Below are positions 62,965-64,000 of a DNA stretch of 64,000 nucleotides, piece after piece (position 1 is the stretch's first letter; every line of letters begins with the position of its first letter). The position numbers and the translations under genes are program-made. Under the pieces are notes generated by a model. That model was not told where the DNA came from and made no database searches. It saw only the letters and a list, made by a program, of their open reading frames with translations. Location of the stretch: NCBI GenBank assembly GCA_013239625.1, contig MU054323.1, positions 5,259,220-5,323,219 of the forward strand, written 5' to 3'. This DNA comes from Lama guanicoe (taxonomy: Eukaryota).

Positions 62965-64000
62965 GACTATTAAGCACATTTTTAAATTGAACTTTTATTT
63001 TGTGATAATCGTAGATTCACATGTGTCTTTAAGAAATACTACACAGAGATCCCTTACACCCTTTACCATTTCCCCCAATGGTAACATCTTGCAAAACTAT
63101 AGAACAGTATCACAATCAAGACGTTGACATTAAGACAGTTAAGATACAGAACATTTCTATCAGCACAAGCATCCCTTTTATTGAACTTTGACAGCCATAC
63201 CTCTCACCTGTCCTTTCCCCAACCCTTATCTCTAATCTCTTGTAACTACTAATCTGTTCTCTGTTATTAAATTTTATCATTTCATGAGTGTTCTATAAAT
63301 AAAATCATACTGTATGCAACCTTATGGAATTTTTTTATGAAGCATAATTCTCTGGAGATTCATCCAATGTGCTGCATTTATCAATAGTTTTTTTCTTTTT
63401 TACTTCTGAGATATATTCCATAGCAGGCATATATGACAATTTTTAAAATCATTCATTCGGTGAAGGATATCTGGGTTGATTACAAATTTTGGCTACTATA
63501 AATGAAACTGCTATGCACATTCATGTATGAGTGTGAACATAAATTTTAATTTCTCTGGGATAATTGGCCCCAAGTGCAATTTCTGAGCTATATGGCAGCT
63601 GCATGTTTAGTTTTGTAAGAAATTGCCAAACTGTTTCCTTGAATGGTTGTACTATTTTATATTGACACCAGCAATGTATGAGTAAACCAGTTTCTCCACA
63701 GCCTTGCCAGCATTTGGTGTTGTCACTATTTTTTCTTTTTAATTTTAGCTATTCTGAAAGATACATAGTGATATCGCACTGTGGTTTTAACATGCATTTC
63801 CCTAATGGCAAACATTGGTGAACATATTTTTTATGCACTTGTTATTTTATATTCTCTTTGATAAAATATCTGTTCATGACTTTGCACATATTGTTACTGA
63901 ATTCTTTTTAACTGGTGAATTTTGAGAGTTATTTATATATACTAAATAATAAATCTTTGTGGAATATGTGGTTTGCAAATATTTTCTCCCAGACTGTAGC
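62965..64000 (-). mobile_element. L1MC1/2-like 3' end (runs off the window)
   Basis: gtagattcacatg..cccccaatggtaacatcttgcaaaactatag..; antisense ORF2-end motifs. Confidence 0.88.

Noticed and set aside
292..63127. ORF-track ORFs as standalone genes
   Set aside because: All are short (171 aa or less), many start at non-ATG codons or lie in repeats and microsatellites; the informative ones are TE remnants or overlap candidate exons
1..64000. CRISPR array, prokaryotic system or CpG-island promoter
   Set aside because: Mammalian CpG-depleted DNA; no regularly spaced repeats and no CpG island seen

Overview
Mammalian genomic DNA, most likely camelid: it has a tRNA-Ala-derived Vic-1-type SINE at about 22.25 kb and a camelid-type L1 3' end at about 49.6 kb, and I saw no Alu, B1 or Bov SINEs. 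I found no intact protein-coding gene, RNA gene, CpG island or CRISPR array. Much of the window is ancient repeats (L1M, L2, CR1/L3, MIR, MaLR/ERVL LTRs, hAT MITEs). Two things stand out. (1) The repeat-free gaps from about 61.8 kb down to about 17.7 kb hold roughly 25-30 exon-shaped segments, all on the minus strand. They have polypyrimidine-AG acceptors and GT donors, and neighbours are often phase-compatible. They translate into a charged, coiled-coil-like protein broken by stops and frameshifts. I read this as a large decayed intron-containing gene (candidate unitary pseudogene) that I cannot name. (2) An internally deleted class III (ERVL/HERV-S-like) provirus at 11.3-13.7 kb keeps two LTRs, RNase H and integrase remnants, and a gamma-type env TM remnant (immunosuppressive domain, CX6CC relic, membrane anchor). 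Repeat family names come from recall of consensus sequences, boundaries are approximate, and no database search was run.
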